Origin: Chrysomallon squamiferum
Lineage: Eukaryota > Animalia > Mollusca
DNA length: 64,000 bases
Assembly (NCBI GenBank): GCA_012295275.1
Contig: CM022667.1
Span: 9,176,001-9,240,000, forward strand
Reading direction: 5' to 3'
The notes beneath the pieces are model-generated. The model worked only from the letters and a program-made list of their open reading frames with translations. It was not told where the DNA came from and searched no databases. The position numbers were made by a program, and so were the translations under genes. Below are positions 1 through 26,669 of the stretch, piece after piece. The number at the start of each line of letters is the position of its first letter. Position 1 is the first letter of the stretch.

Positions 1-432
1 TTTCATTTAGTTTAAACATTTTGTAAGCATTCATACGTAAGTAATTAAATTTCCATTAGCTAGCGTTAATCTTGTATATAAATGTATTTTGTATATCTCC
101 ACATCGTAATATATCCAGAAGGGTTCTAAAAGCAATATCATTTTCAAGGATTTTTATTTATTTATTTATTTATTTACATTTTTTCAAACAGAGGATTGAA
201 CATTAATTCACTGTACCATTCTGGATTCACTTTGAGAAGTTATAACAGATTAGAAGATAAAATATTGTTTAATTCTGTACATAGACAAAAAACACCATCA
301 TTATTCTTTATCCCTTATTTTATTATATCTTCTTTTTTGTGCAACCACATATAACAAAATATTTATAACTTAATATCTGTATTTGTGATTATTTTCTACA
401 TTAATGTATTTTTATTTTATATTTTGTCACAG

Positions 433-935
433 GGAACCAGTAGGAAAATATTTTGTTCAGATCTGCACGACAACACCCTGTAATCTTGGTGGGGTGGGGT
501 CTGACGTCATTCTGGAAACCATCAAGAAAAATCTAGGTCAGTATTAATGTTCAGATATATTGGCAGATTTTTCATTTATAAAGTAATGTTACTGACATGA
601 AGTTTATCAGAAATTTTTCACGTTTTAATATTTTACTGAGAAATTAATAAAATAAAAAAAAATATCAAAAGGTAAAAACCAGTACTATTCCCAGAATCAA
701 CTGATTTGGAACTTTTGTTAAAAATAAAAAAAAATTATTAAAAAGAATGTTGTTAAAGGCTTACTGTTTAGATAGGTAAAATAAAAAATTGATTTATAAA
801 AAAACAATTTGTGTTTACAGGTATTGATGTAGGGGAGACAACTAAAGACAAAATGTTTACTCTGGCTGAGGTTGAGTGTCTTGGTGCGTGTGTCAATGCA
901 CCCATGATGCAGATTAATGACAATTATTATGTAAG

Positions 936-971
<36 letters not shown>

Positions 972-1071
972 TATATAGATACATAGATGTAAATACATTG
1001 ATTTTAGAATTAAATAAAAAGAGAGAAATTAGAAAAACTATTTGAAACATACATCTGTAGCATTGTATGTA

Positions 1072-1105
<34 letters not shown>

Positions 1106-1299
1106 ATGTAAAATTATATCAGTTTCTAAACACTGTAGTCATTACTAATAATATTTCCTTTTTAAAATGTATTTATTATTTTTATTTAAATTTACAAACA
1201 TACTGAAACTAAAACAAGTTCTAGATCTCAACTACTTTGATCAGCTGAACACAGTTTGTCCAATCCTAATTTTTCAGGTGTTCATTAAATTATAAATAT

Positions 1300-1340
<41 letters not shown>

Positions 1341-2040
1341 GGATGAAATGATTTGTATTTTTATTATTTATTTATTTAAAAGTTTTAAAATTTTGTGTTT
1401 GTAGGAAGATCTTACTCCTGAAGACACAGAGAAGATACTTAATGAATTGAAAGCTGGGAAAATCCCAAAACCAGGACCTCAGTGAGTTTTCTTTTTCAAT
1501 TACTTCATAAACCCTTCAAACTTTTGTTTAAACAAGAGTTACATAATATATATATTGCTGTTAAAATAGGTGGAAATTTTGTTAAACATTTGATTCATTC
1601 TTTGTTTTATTTTATTTGTTTTTGCACAAAGTTGTTGTTTAATTAACCATTTTACTTCTGTCTCACCCACAAGTGATAAGTGTGTGTTGCTAAAATATTT
1701 ATTCCTGTCAATGTTCCAGTTGTGGAGCACTGATAAAATTGGCTTGTAGGTATTTTCTGTTTTCTGTTTATCTTAGCGTTTTACTGTTTTTTTAGTTAGT
1801 TTATGGTTATGTCACAGTCATCATTTCACTTACCTAGTGATTTTGTTTTCATTATTTTATATTTTAAACTGGGAAGTGATTCATTGCTGTAGTTATGATA
1901 TCATTAATAACAATGAGTAAACGTCTATGTTTTTCAGAAGTGGGCAGGGATGGAGGTTTGCTTCAGAACCCAAAGGGGGCCTCACATCACTGACGGAGCC
2001 CCCAAGAGGGCCCGGGTTTGGAGTACGTAGTGACTTGTGA
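433..2040 (+). CDS. NDUFV2: NADH dehydrogenase [ubiquinone] flavoprotein 2 (complex I 24 kDa subunit), last four coding exons; 5' part lies upstream of the window
   Basis: Exons 433-536, 821-930, 1405-1481, 1938-2040 have GT-AG boundaries and consistent phases. They give [130 protein letters not shown]. The [2Fe-2S] ligand motifs CTTTPC and ECLGAC are intact. AATAAA lies near 2186. Confidence 0.96.
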
Positions 2041-2424
2041 CAAACTAATGTGGAGACATTTTAAATGTTTTAGTGATTTTTACATCGTTTCCATGGAAAT
2101 AGCTGCCCGTTTCATAATTCAAACTGAATAATTTCACCGAACTGATGATGTTCTTTGAAGTACTGTATATATGACAGTTTGTCCAAATAAATTAATACTT
2201 TATAAGAGAAGTTACGTGTTATTTTTGATGTTTTTTGGTTGTTTTTATTTTGTGGAATTATACATATTTCCTGAAAAAAAAAAAAAAAAAAAAAAAAAAT
2301 AAAATATATATATATATATATACATCCTCCAAAATAAAAATCATAAATAAAAAAAACTAATAAAGAAAAAGAACTTGAAGTATGTTTACTTCATTTATTG
2401 TTAAATTCAAGACTGACAGAAGAT

Positions 2425-5276
<2,852 letters not shown>

Positions 5277-5658
5277 GTTGTCCATGTTGTCTAATGAACG
5301 TCTGTTGGTTAACAAAACTTATTATAGTAGCACGAGTAACAGTAGTGACGTAATTCGAAGCATCTGTACATGTTATTTATTTTTTTCTTTATCCAGATCG
5401 AAGGAAGTAAATATTAAAGAAAAAAACAACAAAAAAAAAACAAAACAAAAAAACCCCAAAAAACCACAGATGTTTTTCAGTATCGTTTTGAAGATTTTCG
5501 CTGTGAAATGAACGCGGACTCTGGTAAGGAAATACTTGTCTTAATAATTTGACGATTTCACTTCTGTAGTTGATTTTGAGATCGTAACGACTCTCTCCGC
5601 TTGTCTGTGTGTCTGTCTGTTTAGCTGTCTGAATATCTGTCTGTGAGTCCGTCAGTTT

Positions 5659-5710
<52 letters not shown>

Positions 5711-5774
5711 TGTATGTCTATATATATATATATAGATATATTTTCTTTTTTTTTCGCGGGCAGCAAAAATAATA

Positions 5775-5995
5775 ATATTCAAACCGTATTTTATACACAA
5801 AATTATTATATAAATACTATTTCAAAAATCCGGCAGACTACATGTGTGAGCTGCATATAGAAAAATAAATGGAATTCATATTTACACGTAGATTCTATTT
5901 TCATGCTATCTCCTTATATTTCAAAATCCGAAATATTCCGAAATCCGAAACACTTCCGGTCCCAAGGACTCCTGATAAAGAATTCTCAACATGTA
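5775..5995 (+). mobile_element. Terminal fragment of a pogo/Tigger-like DNA transposon (resembles the Tigger4/MER46 end)
   Basis: Ends in CAAAATCCGAAATATTCCGAAATCCGAAACACTTCCGGTCCCAAGGACTCCTGATAAAGAATTCTCAACATG followed by TA. This resembles the Tigger4/Zombi 3' terminus as I recall it; no database search was run. Confidence 0.6.
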
Positions 5996-6653
5996 TTAGA
6001 CTTGTAATTTTGCTTTAATCAGTCCACCAACATTTATTTATTTATTTTTAAAATAAAAACAGGACTCCATTTTAACACATTGGCAGTTTATCTTTGTGTA
6101 TATGTTTGACACTGCTGTATAAACTTCAGTTTAATTTGCCAACTGCTTATCAAGTTGGGACTATCGCTTATTTTAAAGTTCATCTGCCTAGCGACTAAAT
6201 TCATTGTTTGTACATTCATCTATATCACTGAGACATTTGTGTTAATGGCGCAAATTGGTGGCATTAAGAAATTGCTTCATTTTATTGTTTTGTTAACACA
6301 GATTGGTTGACAGTATTATAGGTTGTTACAGCATTGCCATTATTATGATTATTATGACTACTAGTATTTTGTTGTCATTACTGTATTGTTACTGTTAATA
6401 TTATTGTTGTTGTTGTTGTTATTACCACTACTATTACTACTAGTACTACTATTACTACTAGTACTACTATTACTACTAGTACTACTGCTACTACTACTGC
6501 TACTACTGTTACTACTAATACCACTATTATCACTACTAGTACTGCTACTATTATTATTGCTACTAATTTGTGGTTATTATTATATTGTTATATCTTATTA
6601 TTGATATGTGTGTGTGTGTATACATACATATATAGACATACATACACACACAC

Positions 6654-6684
<31 letters not shown>

Positions 6685-7648
6685 CATACATATATAGATA
6701 CATACATACATACATACATACATACATACATACATACACAAAATAAAATAAAATAAAATAAAAAAATCATCCACGTAAATATTTTATTTCGAATATCACC
6801 TAGCATTCACGTTAACCTCGGATCTTTGGTAATTACATCATTTCATGTCTTGGCCTACATAAAGCATTTCACACGGTTGTATTTATTGAAGGGGCGAAAT
6901 ACAGACAATATCGAAAAAAAACTAAATATTTAAACTTCAACTTCAAACACGCAACAGTCTTAGTATGCTAGTACTGCTATTGATATTATTACTGCTGCTA
7001 GTGTTACTATTCCATTACTACTACAACCATCACCACCAGTACTACTACTACTACTACTACTACTAATAATAATAAATAAATAAATAAATAAATAATAATG
7101 AATAAATGAATGAATGAATGAATAAATAAATAAATAAAAAGTTCAATATATAAAAATGAAAGACTTTTCACAATTGGTTTTATGCGTCAGTTTTCTGTCC
7201 GCCAATCTGTCTATCAGTCTGTCTGTCTTTCTGATCGTCTGTCATGTTTCACCTAGATGAACCCAGCTCGTATTTGTGAGAATGTTCTTCTGTGGCTGTG
7301 AAAGAGAAAGATGTGTCTGTGACGTAGATGCTACGTAAACATCGGTTTTCATGACAAACACAATAGATATACCTCTGAATTTATATTTACCTTTATTTAG
7401 CATCACACCTGTGTCAGGTAAAAACAGGCGATACAGGTGTAGCAAATCACGTTTTGGTGTCGTGAATGTGTGCAGATATGTGTTCGTCAGATGCATCGAA
7501 TAATAACGAAAAGTAAAATAATAACCGTTTGAAAGTTTTGATTAGCGGTATAGAATGAGGTGTGGATTTTGTGATGACTTACAGAAATTCGGTGTAACAA
7601 TGTTGAGTAAAAGAAACGAGAAGAAATTAATTAACATATAAGGTACAA

Positions 7649-7862
<214 letters not shown>

Positions 7863-8204
7863 GGGGGCGGGCAGACAAATTGACGAAAAGAGAGAAGGTT
7901 TATTTTCGCTTTATATAAAAACTATTTTTCAGTTGGGCGTACAAAGTTAGTACAACTTACAGAGACTGTTTAAATATTAGTTTTGTTTTTCACTGTAGAA
8001 GTATCAGAAAGAAATCGTGCTTGGCATTTCACTGTGAACTTGAAGAGGAAATTCACCGAAAGAAAAATTATATTTAATAGCTACTAACAATGTTGATGTT
8101 TCTTCGTTTTCCTCTAATTCAGCGCTATACCCTAAAGAAAAGAAAAACAGAAAAATGTGAAGTAAATGTCAGTTAACTGCAGTCAAAACTGCGTGGGCTG
8201 TAAA

Positions 8205-8260
<56 letters not shown>

Positions 8261-8307
8261 TTAAATGCGTGTGAAAGCTGTGTTTGTATATAGATTATAT
8301 ATATAGA

Positions 8308-8541
8308 AATACATACATACATACGTACATACGTACGTACAAAGATACATACATACATACATACATACATACATACATACATACATACATACATACATAC
8401 ATACATACATACATACATACATACATACATACATACATACATACATACATACATACATACATACATACATACATACATACATACATACATACATACATAC
8501 ATACATACATACATACATACATACATACATACATACATACA
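8308..8541. repeat. (TACA)n microsatellite
   Basis: Tetranucleotide run; a degenerate homologue is at about 18590-18910. Confidence 0.95.
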
Positions 8542-8564
8542 TTTACAGTTACGGACATACGTAC

Positions 8565-8720
8565 GTTGTATTGACAGCCGAGCTGTATAGTCTTCTGCCT
8601 ACGGACTGCCGGCGAAAACGGATGTCATACGTTCGAGTCTCGTCAGCGGCATCTGACGGGTTTGTGAGGTTGTGATTGGGATTTGTCCTCCTGTGCAAGT
8701 CCGTTCCCGTCTAATCAGAT
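8565..8720 (+). mobile_element. tRNA-derived SINE copy, ending at the segmental-duplication junction
   Basis: A-box-like CAGCCGAGCTG and B-box GTTCGAGTC, followed by the family body TCGTCAGCGGCATCTGACGGGTTTGTGAGG...TTTGTCCTCCTG...GTCTAATCAGAT, which recurs at 18933, 26209 and 41500. Confidence 0.8.
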
Positions 8721-8933
8721 AAATAATATGTTCTAGTATATTATATATTTATTATTTACTTCTACAAGTAAAACCAGACTGCCAAGGCTCGTTTCATATT
8801 TATTTATTTTTTATTTTTTTGTGTGGAATATTGTTGAACAGTTTTGACACATTAAAAGTAATACTAATGTGTTATGAACTCTTTCTTCATGACATCTTTG
8901 TGCAAAACAGAATATAATTTTTTAAATTCTGTT

Positions 8934-8978
<45 letters not shown>

Positions 8979-9007
8979 ACATAATTTGATGATTTTTTTG
9001 ATTTCAG

Positions 9008-12639
<3,632 letters not shown>

Positions 12640-12757
12640 CAAACTAATGTGGAGACATTTTAAATGTTTTGTCCAAAATAAATTAATACTTATAAGAGAA
12701 GTTACGTGTTTTTATTATTTTTGGAATTATACATATTTCCTGAAGAAGAAATATAAT

Positions 12758-12802
<45 letters not shown>

Positions 12803-12911
12803 CTCCAAAATATCCTCCAAAATAAAAATCATAAATAAAAAAACTAATAAAGAAAAAGAACTTGAAGCATGTTTACTTCATTTATTGTTAAATTCAAGAC
12901 TGACAGAAGAT

Positions 12912-13270
12912 TTACACTCCCATTGCCGCCATCATTGTTGATAAATTCGCAGCAGACGGCACAGTGGCGACCTCTGTTTCCGCTCCAAGTATTGTCGCCC
13001 CTTGAGTTTTTGACTTCGCCGTTGGCATGGCTGACATTGTTGCATGAGATACTGCGACACTTGCAGTTTTTGCTCGACTTCCTGCTGAGGTGGCTGTCGC
13101 CATTGTCGAAGACATTGGTGAACCAGACGGCACAGCAGCCGGTGTTTTCATTGATGTAGGTGGCGCTGAAGACTGCCCAGTTGTGGGCTCAAAAACTTTA
13201 CAGTCGCACTCCAAGAAGAAATAACAGTATTCCTCTGTAAAACAGAAACGTAATTTTAAACTTTATACTA

Positions 13271-13321
<51 letters not shown>

Positions 13322-13329
13322 GCTTATAA

Positions 13330-13363
<34 letters not shown>

Positions 13364-14149
13364 ATAATAAGAAGAAAACAAGGCCAATAATCAGCATAAT
13401 TTCCCTTTTACGTCCAACCATCATTTCTCTCGCTGTCTGTAATTTGAAATCAAAATTTCCATTGCCACCGATAATTCACAGTAAACCAACTGAGTACCAC
13501 CGTTCTACGACTTTACGATATTCGAGTGACGTCACAATTGAATGACGTTAAAACAGACATACTTACTATAACGGCAGTATTCCGATTTTGGTTTCTTTGT
13601 TGATACGCCAGCCGGCAGGGTCGGGTAGATGAAGGGTGTTGGCTTGGGCGTGGTTGTCAGAGGCGGGAGATTGTCGCACAAATCACATTGAATGTCCGGA
13701 TGATTGCTTATTATGTTACACATTTCTGCAGTATTCAGAAGTATTACACAGAGAAACGGTTACTAAGGTAATTAATTTCATTATTAACATGAATATAATA
13801 TGTTTTCTTAATTTCGTTTTCAGATAAATAGATAAATAGTTATAATTAAACAGAATATATTAAACATATATAATTAGCTATATATTAGCACGTAGACACA
13901 ACACATATACACACATACACACAAACAGAGATACAGATAGATAGACAGTTATAGTTAATTTCTAAACAAGTTAACTTTACGTACGGTGTTTGAACTTCAA
14001 ATTTCCGCGTTCGGCCATCAGACAGTAAGGGTGAATTACCTTTGAATCGTTACACTTGCATTTGTTAAGAATATTGGTAGTATACTTCGCAGCTTAAAAA
14101 TGGAAATTAAAATTTTCTTAAATCTTCATTGAAAGATATGATGTGTGTG

Positions 14150-14196
<47 letters not shown>

Positions 14197-14761
14197 AATT
14201 AAATTAAATAAAAATGTGAAAAAAAAAATTATCTTCTATCTGTGAAACTTTTAACAAGATTAAAAAATGTTTATAGATAAATAAATAATAAATACATGTG
14301 TAAATAAATAAATAAATAAACAAACAAACAACCAAACAAAAAAGCAAATAAATAAATAAAAACAAATTCTAATACGCCTTCAGATCATTTGATAATGTTA
14401 TTTATTAATCTATGACAAGAAAAGAGTGTTTACTTCATCAGACTGCTTTTAAAAATATGTATGTAAAGCCGACTGTCTGTATGTGTGTGTGTCTGATATT
14501 TGATAATGTAACAGTGTTACTTACTGTTGTTACACACCTGTCTGTACATACAGCAGTACATCTCGCAGGCATTGGGAAACCATATCTTGTCACAGACGTC
14601 TACAACAACAACAACTACTACAGCATTTATAATAATGATGATGATGATTATGATAATAATAATGATGATGATGATATAATAATAATACAGTTTAAGATTT
14701 CAAATTAAAAAAAGTTAAAAAGACAAAAGAAAAAAACAAACAAACAACAAAAAAAAAAAAC

Positions 14762-14797
<36 letters not shown>

Positions 14798-14928
14798 CAA
14801 GAAATAACTCAAAAATTAATTAAAATGACGTAATAACATTATGACGTTTCCCTATTAATCTTACCACAGTATTTAGCCGTTACTATACCAACAAAGATAA
14901 GAATGGTTACTAAACGCGGTATCTCCAT
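12912..14928 (-). CDS. Secreted cysteine-rich protein with mucin-like tail (copy 2, about 242 aa, 5 exons), no protease domain
   Basis: Exons 14928-14865, 14599-14525, 14092-13985, 13725-13567, 13234-12912 give 729 nt, open, with phase-1 junctions. MEIPRLVTILIFVGIVTAKYCDVCDKIWFPNACEMYCCMYRQVCNNTAKYTTNILNKCKCNDSKVIHPYC...EYCRYKEYCYFFLECDCKVFEPTTGQSS...MMAAMGV*. Confidence 0.85.
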
Positions 14929-16917
14929 TTTGCTAATGAACGTCAGTTGGTTAACAAAACTTATTATTGCAGTACGAGTAACAGTATTGACGTAATTCGA
15001 AGCATCTGTACATGTTATTAATATTTTTTTTATCTCCCCGACCCAGATGGAAGGAAGTAAATATTATAAAAAAAAAAAAAAAAAACTACCAGGTGTTTTG
15101 CAATATTATTTTGAAGATTTTCGCTGTGAAATGAACGCGGACTCTGGTAAGGAAGTACTTGTCTTAATAATTTGATGATTTCATTTCTGTAGTTGATTTT
15201 GAGACCGTAACGACTCTCTCCGCTTGTCTGTGTGTCTGTCTGTCTGTCTGTTTAGCTCTCTAAATGTCTGTCTGTGAGTCCGTCAGTTTGTTACGTGTGA
15301 ATGTGTATAACTATATATGTATAAATATATAAGTGCCATTTTGTTATATTTAACTTTGTTTGATACCCAGTTGCCTATATATTTGTACTGGGTGTCAAAC
15401 ATTCATTCATTCGTTCATTCATTCATATATAAGTATGTATGTAGGTCATATATGTGTATGTATGTGTGTATTTGTGTGTGTATGTATGTATGTATATGTG
15501 TATATATATATATATTTCTTTCTTAATTTCTATAAACGAAATGACGTCACAAAATCTGAAAGAACGGCGGCGCCCAGGCATTGTCTCGATCTTGTTACGT
15601 CATCATCGTATTTTTTAATTTCTTATTATTTTTTTTATTAAAGAATGATATTGTCTAGATAAAATAAAATAATTGCCTGGTAGTTTGGAAATGTAAAAAA
15701 TATAATGTCATTAGACCTATAATTTTTCTTATATCAGTATAATAACATTTATTTATTTATTTACTTTTTTTTAAAACCAAAATTGGAATCCATTGTAACA
15801 GTTTATCTTTGTGTATATGTTTAACACTGCTGTATAAACATCAGTTTAATTTGCCAACTGCTTATCAAGTTGGGACTATCGCTTATTTTAAAGTTCATCT
15901 GTCTAGCGACTAAATTCATTGTTTGTACATTCATCTATCTCACTGAGACATTTGTGTTAATGGTGCAAATTGGTGGCATTAAGAAATTGCTTTATTTTAT
16001 TGTTTTATTAACACAGATTGGCTGGCAGTATTTTATGTTACTATAGGCAATGCCATTATTATGATTATTATGACTACTAGTATTTTGTCGTTATTACTGT
16101 ATTGTTACTGTTAATATCATTGTTGTTATTTTTGTTATTACCACTACTATTACTACTAGTACTACTGCTACTACTGTTACTACTAATACCACTATTATCA
16201 CTACTAGTACTGCTACTATTATTATTGCTACTAATTTGTGGTTATTATTATATTGTTATGTCTTATTATTGATATGTGTGTATGTGTATACATAGATACA
16301 TACATACATAATACACACACACATACATACATGCATACACACATACATACATAGATACATACATACATATATACACATACATACGCACATACGTACGTAC
16401 GTACGTACATACATATATACACATATATACGCACATACATACATACGTACGTACGTACATATATATACATACATATATACATACATACATACACAAAATA
16501 AAATTAAATAAAATAAAAAAATCATCCACGTAAATATTTTATTTCGAATATCACCTAGCATTCACGTTAACCTCGGATGTTTGGTAATTACATCATTTCA
16601 TTTCTTGGCCTACATAAAGCACTTCACACGGTTGTATTTATTGAAGGGGCGAAATACAGACAATATCGAAAAAAAACTAAATATTTAAACTTCAACTTCA
16701 AACACGCAACAGTCTTAGTATGAAATAATCTCTGAGGGTTAACCCTCTCTTGAAAAGTGTAATTACGAAATTTAACTTTAAATATTATGGTCTGCTCATA
16801 ATTTCTCCTCTGTGTTTGCTCGCCCTAGCTGGCTGTGTACATGTATTAATCTCTGTTTGCACAGAATAAAATAACCCTACGCGTTAGAAAAAAAAATAAA
16901 ATAAAAAAAATAAAACA

Positions 16918-17317
16918 TTACTGCTACTGTTACTGCTACTACTGCTACTACTACTATTACTAGTTCCACTAGTTCTAATGCTACTATTACGTCTAGTGCT
17001 TCAACTATTACTATTACTACTACTACTACCACTACTACTGCTGCTGCTGCTACTGTTACTAGTTTCACTAGTTCTAATGCTACTATTACGTCTAGTGCTT
17101 CAGCTATTACTATTACTACTACTACTACCACTACTACTGCTGCTACTGTTACTAGTTTTACTAGTTCTAATACTAATATTGCTTCTAGTGCTGTTGCTAT
17201 ATTACTATTAACACTACTACTACTTCTAGTACTGCTATTGATATTATTACTGCTGCTAGTGTTACTATTCCATTACTACTACAACTATCACCACCAATAC
17301 TACTACTACTACTACTA
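16918..17317. repeat. Degenerate (CTA/CTG)n low-complexity tract with an internal duplication
   Basis: Trinucleotide-based tract; the block ctagttctaatgctactattacgtctagtgcttca occurs twice. Most of it is absent from duplication unit 1 (junction near 6967). Confidence 0.8.
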
Positions 17318-17340
17318 ATAAAAAAATAATAATGAATGAA

Positions 17341-17379
<39 letters not shown>

Positions 17380-17954
17380 AAAGTCAAAATATATAAAAAT
17401 AAAACGCATTTCTCAATTGGTTTTATGCGTCAGTTTTCCGTCCGCCTATCTGTCTATCAGTCAATCTGTCTGTCTTTCTGATCGTCTGTCATGTTTCACC
17501 TAGATGAACCCAGCTCGTATTTGTGAGAATGTTCTTCTGTGGCTGTGAAAGAGAAAGATGTGTCTCTGACGTAGATGCTACGTAAACATCGGTTTTCATG
17601 ACAAACACAATAGATATACCTCTGAATTTATGTTTACCTTTATTTAGCATCACACCTGTGTCAGGTAAAAACAGGCGATACAGGTGTAGCAAATCACGTT
17701 TTGGTGTCGTGAATGTATGCAGATATGTGTTCGTCAGATATATCGAATAATAACGAAAAGTAAAATAATAACCGTTTGAAAGTTTTGATTAGCGGTATAG
17801 AATGAGGTGTGGATTTTGTGATGACTTACAGAAATTAGGTGTAAAAATGTTGAGTAAAAGAAACGAGGAATTAATTAACATATAAGGTACAAGGAGAAAG
17901 GTCTTGCACAATAATATCGTAAAAAAGAAGAAAATAAAGAACATTAAATATAAT

Positions 17955-18057
<103 letters not shown>

Positions 18058-18406
18058 GGGGGCGGGCAGACAAATTGACGAAAAGAGAGAAGGTTTATTT
18101 TCGCTTTATATAAAAACTATTTTTCAGTTGGGCGTACAAAGTTAGTACAACTTACAGAGACTGTTTAAATATTAGTTTTGTTTTTCACTGTAGAAGTATC
18201 AGAAAGAAATCGTGCTTGGCATTTCACTGTGAACTTGAAGAGGAAATTCAGCGAAAGAAAAATTATATTTAATAGTTACTAACAATGTTGATGTTTCTTC
18301 GTTTTCCTCTAATTCAGCGCTATACCCTAAAGAAAAGAAAAACAGAAAAATGTGAAGTAAATGTCAGTTAACTGCAGTCAAAACTGCGTGGGCTGTAAAA
18401 TGTACC

Positions 18407-18529
<123 letters not shown>

Positions 18530-18932
18530 AAATGCGTGTGAAAGCTGTGTTTGTGTATTTGTGTTTGTATATAGATTATATATATACAAATACATACATA
18601 CATACATACACACATACGTACGTACGTACATACATACATACATCCGTACATACATACATACGTACATACATAATACATACATACGTACGTACATACATAC
18701 ATACGTACATACATACGTACATACGTACATACATACATACATACAAACATACATATATACGTACATACATACATACATACATACATACGTACATACATAC
18801 ATACGTACGTACATACATACATACATACATACATACATACATACGTACATACATACATACATACATACATACATACATACATACATACATACGTACATAC
18901 ATACATACATTTACAGATATGGACATACGTAC

Positions 18933-19110
18933 GTTGTATTGATAGCCGAGCTGTATAGTCTTCTGCCTACGGACTGCCGGCGAGAACGGATGCCATACGT
19001 TCGAGTCTCGTCAGCGGCATCTGACAGGTTTGTGAGGTCGAGATTGGGATTTGTCCTCCTGCGCCAGTGCGTTCCAGTCTAATCAGATGAAGAATATTCA
19101 GTACTAAAGA
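18933..19110 (+). mobile_element. tRNA-derived SINE copy
   Basis: GATAGCCGAGCTG...GTTCGAGTCTCGTCAGCGGCATCTGACAGGTTTGTGAGG...GTCTAATCAGATG; paralogous to 8565-8720. Confidence 0.8.
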
Positions 19111-19262
19111 AATACCTGAAAGTGCCAGGTTTCCAACAAATAACAGATGCACACAAAAATGACGAAAGACAAAGAAGAACATGCTTCGTGGGAAGCGATG
19201 AGTTCCCTCAGTTATTAAGCACAGCTTTATTTTTTGTTATTATTATGATTTTTAAAAATAAC

Positions 19263-19348
19263 GTTTTCTTGGTGGCAGAGTGCTGTAGTCGTTCGAGAAC
19301 AGAGTGCGGGCGAGTGGATGTCCTTCGTTCGAGTCTCGTCAGCGGCAC
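19263..19348 (+). mobile_element. SINE head only (tRNA-like part)
   Basis: GGTGGCAGAGTG...GAGTGCGGGCGAGTGGATGTCCTTCGTTCGAGTCTCGTCAGCGGCA, after which similarity stops. Confidence 0.65.
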
Positions 19349-20707
19349 TGAATTTAAAAAAAAAAATATGATTTTTTGGAAACCAGCTATTTTGTCACAT
19401 TAACATTGATGTCACTGCGTGTGTGGTTTGTAACTAATCACTTTTCAAAACCGATGTTATATAAAAAAAAGTTTAAAAAATGAGATCCTCTGTTAGAATA
19501 ATTTTAATTTGTTTAAGAGAAATTTCGAATATGCTATCTAAAATTATCACTTTGCAGGAATATAATTATATAAAAGATATGCAATAAATATTTGACAGTA
19601 AAATAGGTGACATTATGGTAAGGAGTCAAATCAATATCCCAGACAAAAATGGATGGAGGGATACGGAAAACGAAATAGACAGACAGACAGACAGACAGAC
19701 GACAGACAGACAGACAGACAGACAGATAGACAGATAGATAGATATTTAAGTGATACTAAATAGAACGAGAAAAGAATTAGAAGGAGAAAGAAGAAGAAAA
19801 AGTAAAAGAAAGAAAGAGAGAAAGAAGAAGAAAAGAAGAAAAGTTTGTAACATTTTCAACACGAGGTTCATCTTTTCAAATGGGCGTGGTTACGTTACCG
19901 TTAGTGACACCTTTTAGATTCAAAAAGCAGCTCATAAATAAACAAATCTTTGTTGATTGACACCTATTTGTGACGTGAGAGGCGTGCCTGCCAAGCTGAC
20001 GGTCGGACCCTCCGCATCAGATGTCATTCATTTGCTAAGAATTAAAAAGTTATTACACTACTTTTTGTTGACATTTAAAGTTTTGACGACAAAGCGTCTC
20101 TAAAGGTGCGTTCTCACTTAGCGACTTGTAATATATCAGAAATAGATTAACCTCGCATTACAGAAAACACAAACAGGCTAATTACGTCGTATGTTTTAAT
20201 CTTTCAACAACCAACTGGCGGTGAGACGGGAAATTTGTTGTTGCTGTTGTTGTTGTTGTTGTTGTCATTTCGTCTTCTTCAATTTCCTCTTCCTCTTCTT
20301 CTTCTTCTTCTTATTATTATTATTTTCAGTTTATAGGTTTAAATTGCCATCTTTATAAATCTTTATTCTTGCAGCCATTTTATATATAGCATTATAAATA
20401 AATAAATAAAGCCAGTTGATAGCATTATAAATAAAGCAGTTAAAAAGTAAGTAAGTAACTAAGTAAGTAAGTAAGTAAGTAAGTAAATAAATAAATAAAT
20501 CCACTTGTAATTTAATTCAAATAACACATATACACAAAAAAACGTAAATTCATACGGATTTTTGAAGTTAAAGAAATTCGCATGGTTTGAACGCGGCTTT
20601 ACCAGGTTTAGATATCAGGTGAGGTGATGAAAGTAAACACATTCTTCTTGTCATAAATATATGTTCGTGTTTGCTCGTTTGGACATTATAGCGACGTTGG
20701 CAGCATC

Positions 20708-26669
<5,962 letters not shown>

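Noticed and set aside
718-1050. 110-aa minus-strand ORF repeated at 11341-11658
   Set aside because: Antisense to an NDUFV2 exon plus AT-rich intron; it recurs only because of the segmental duplication.
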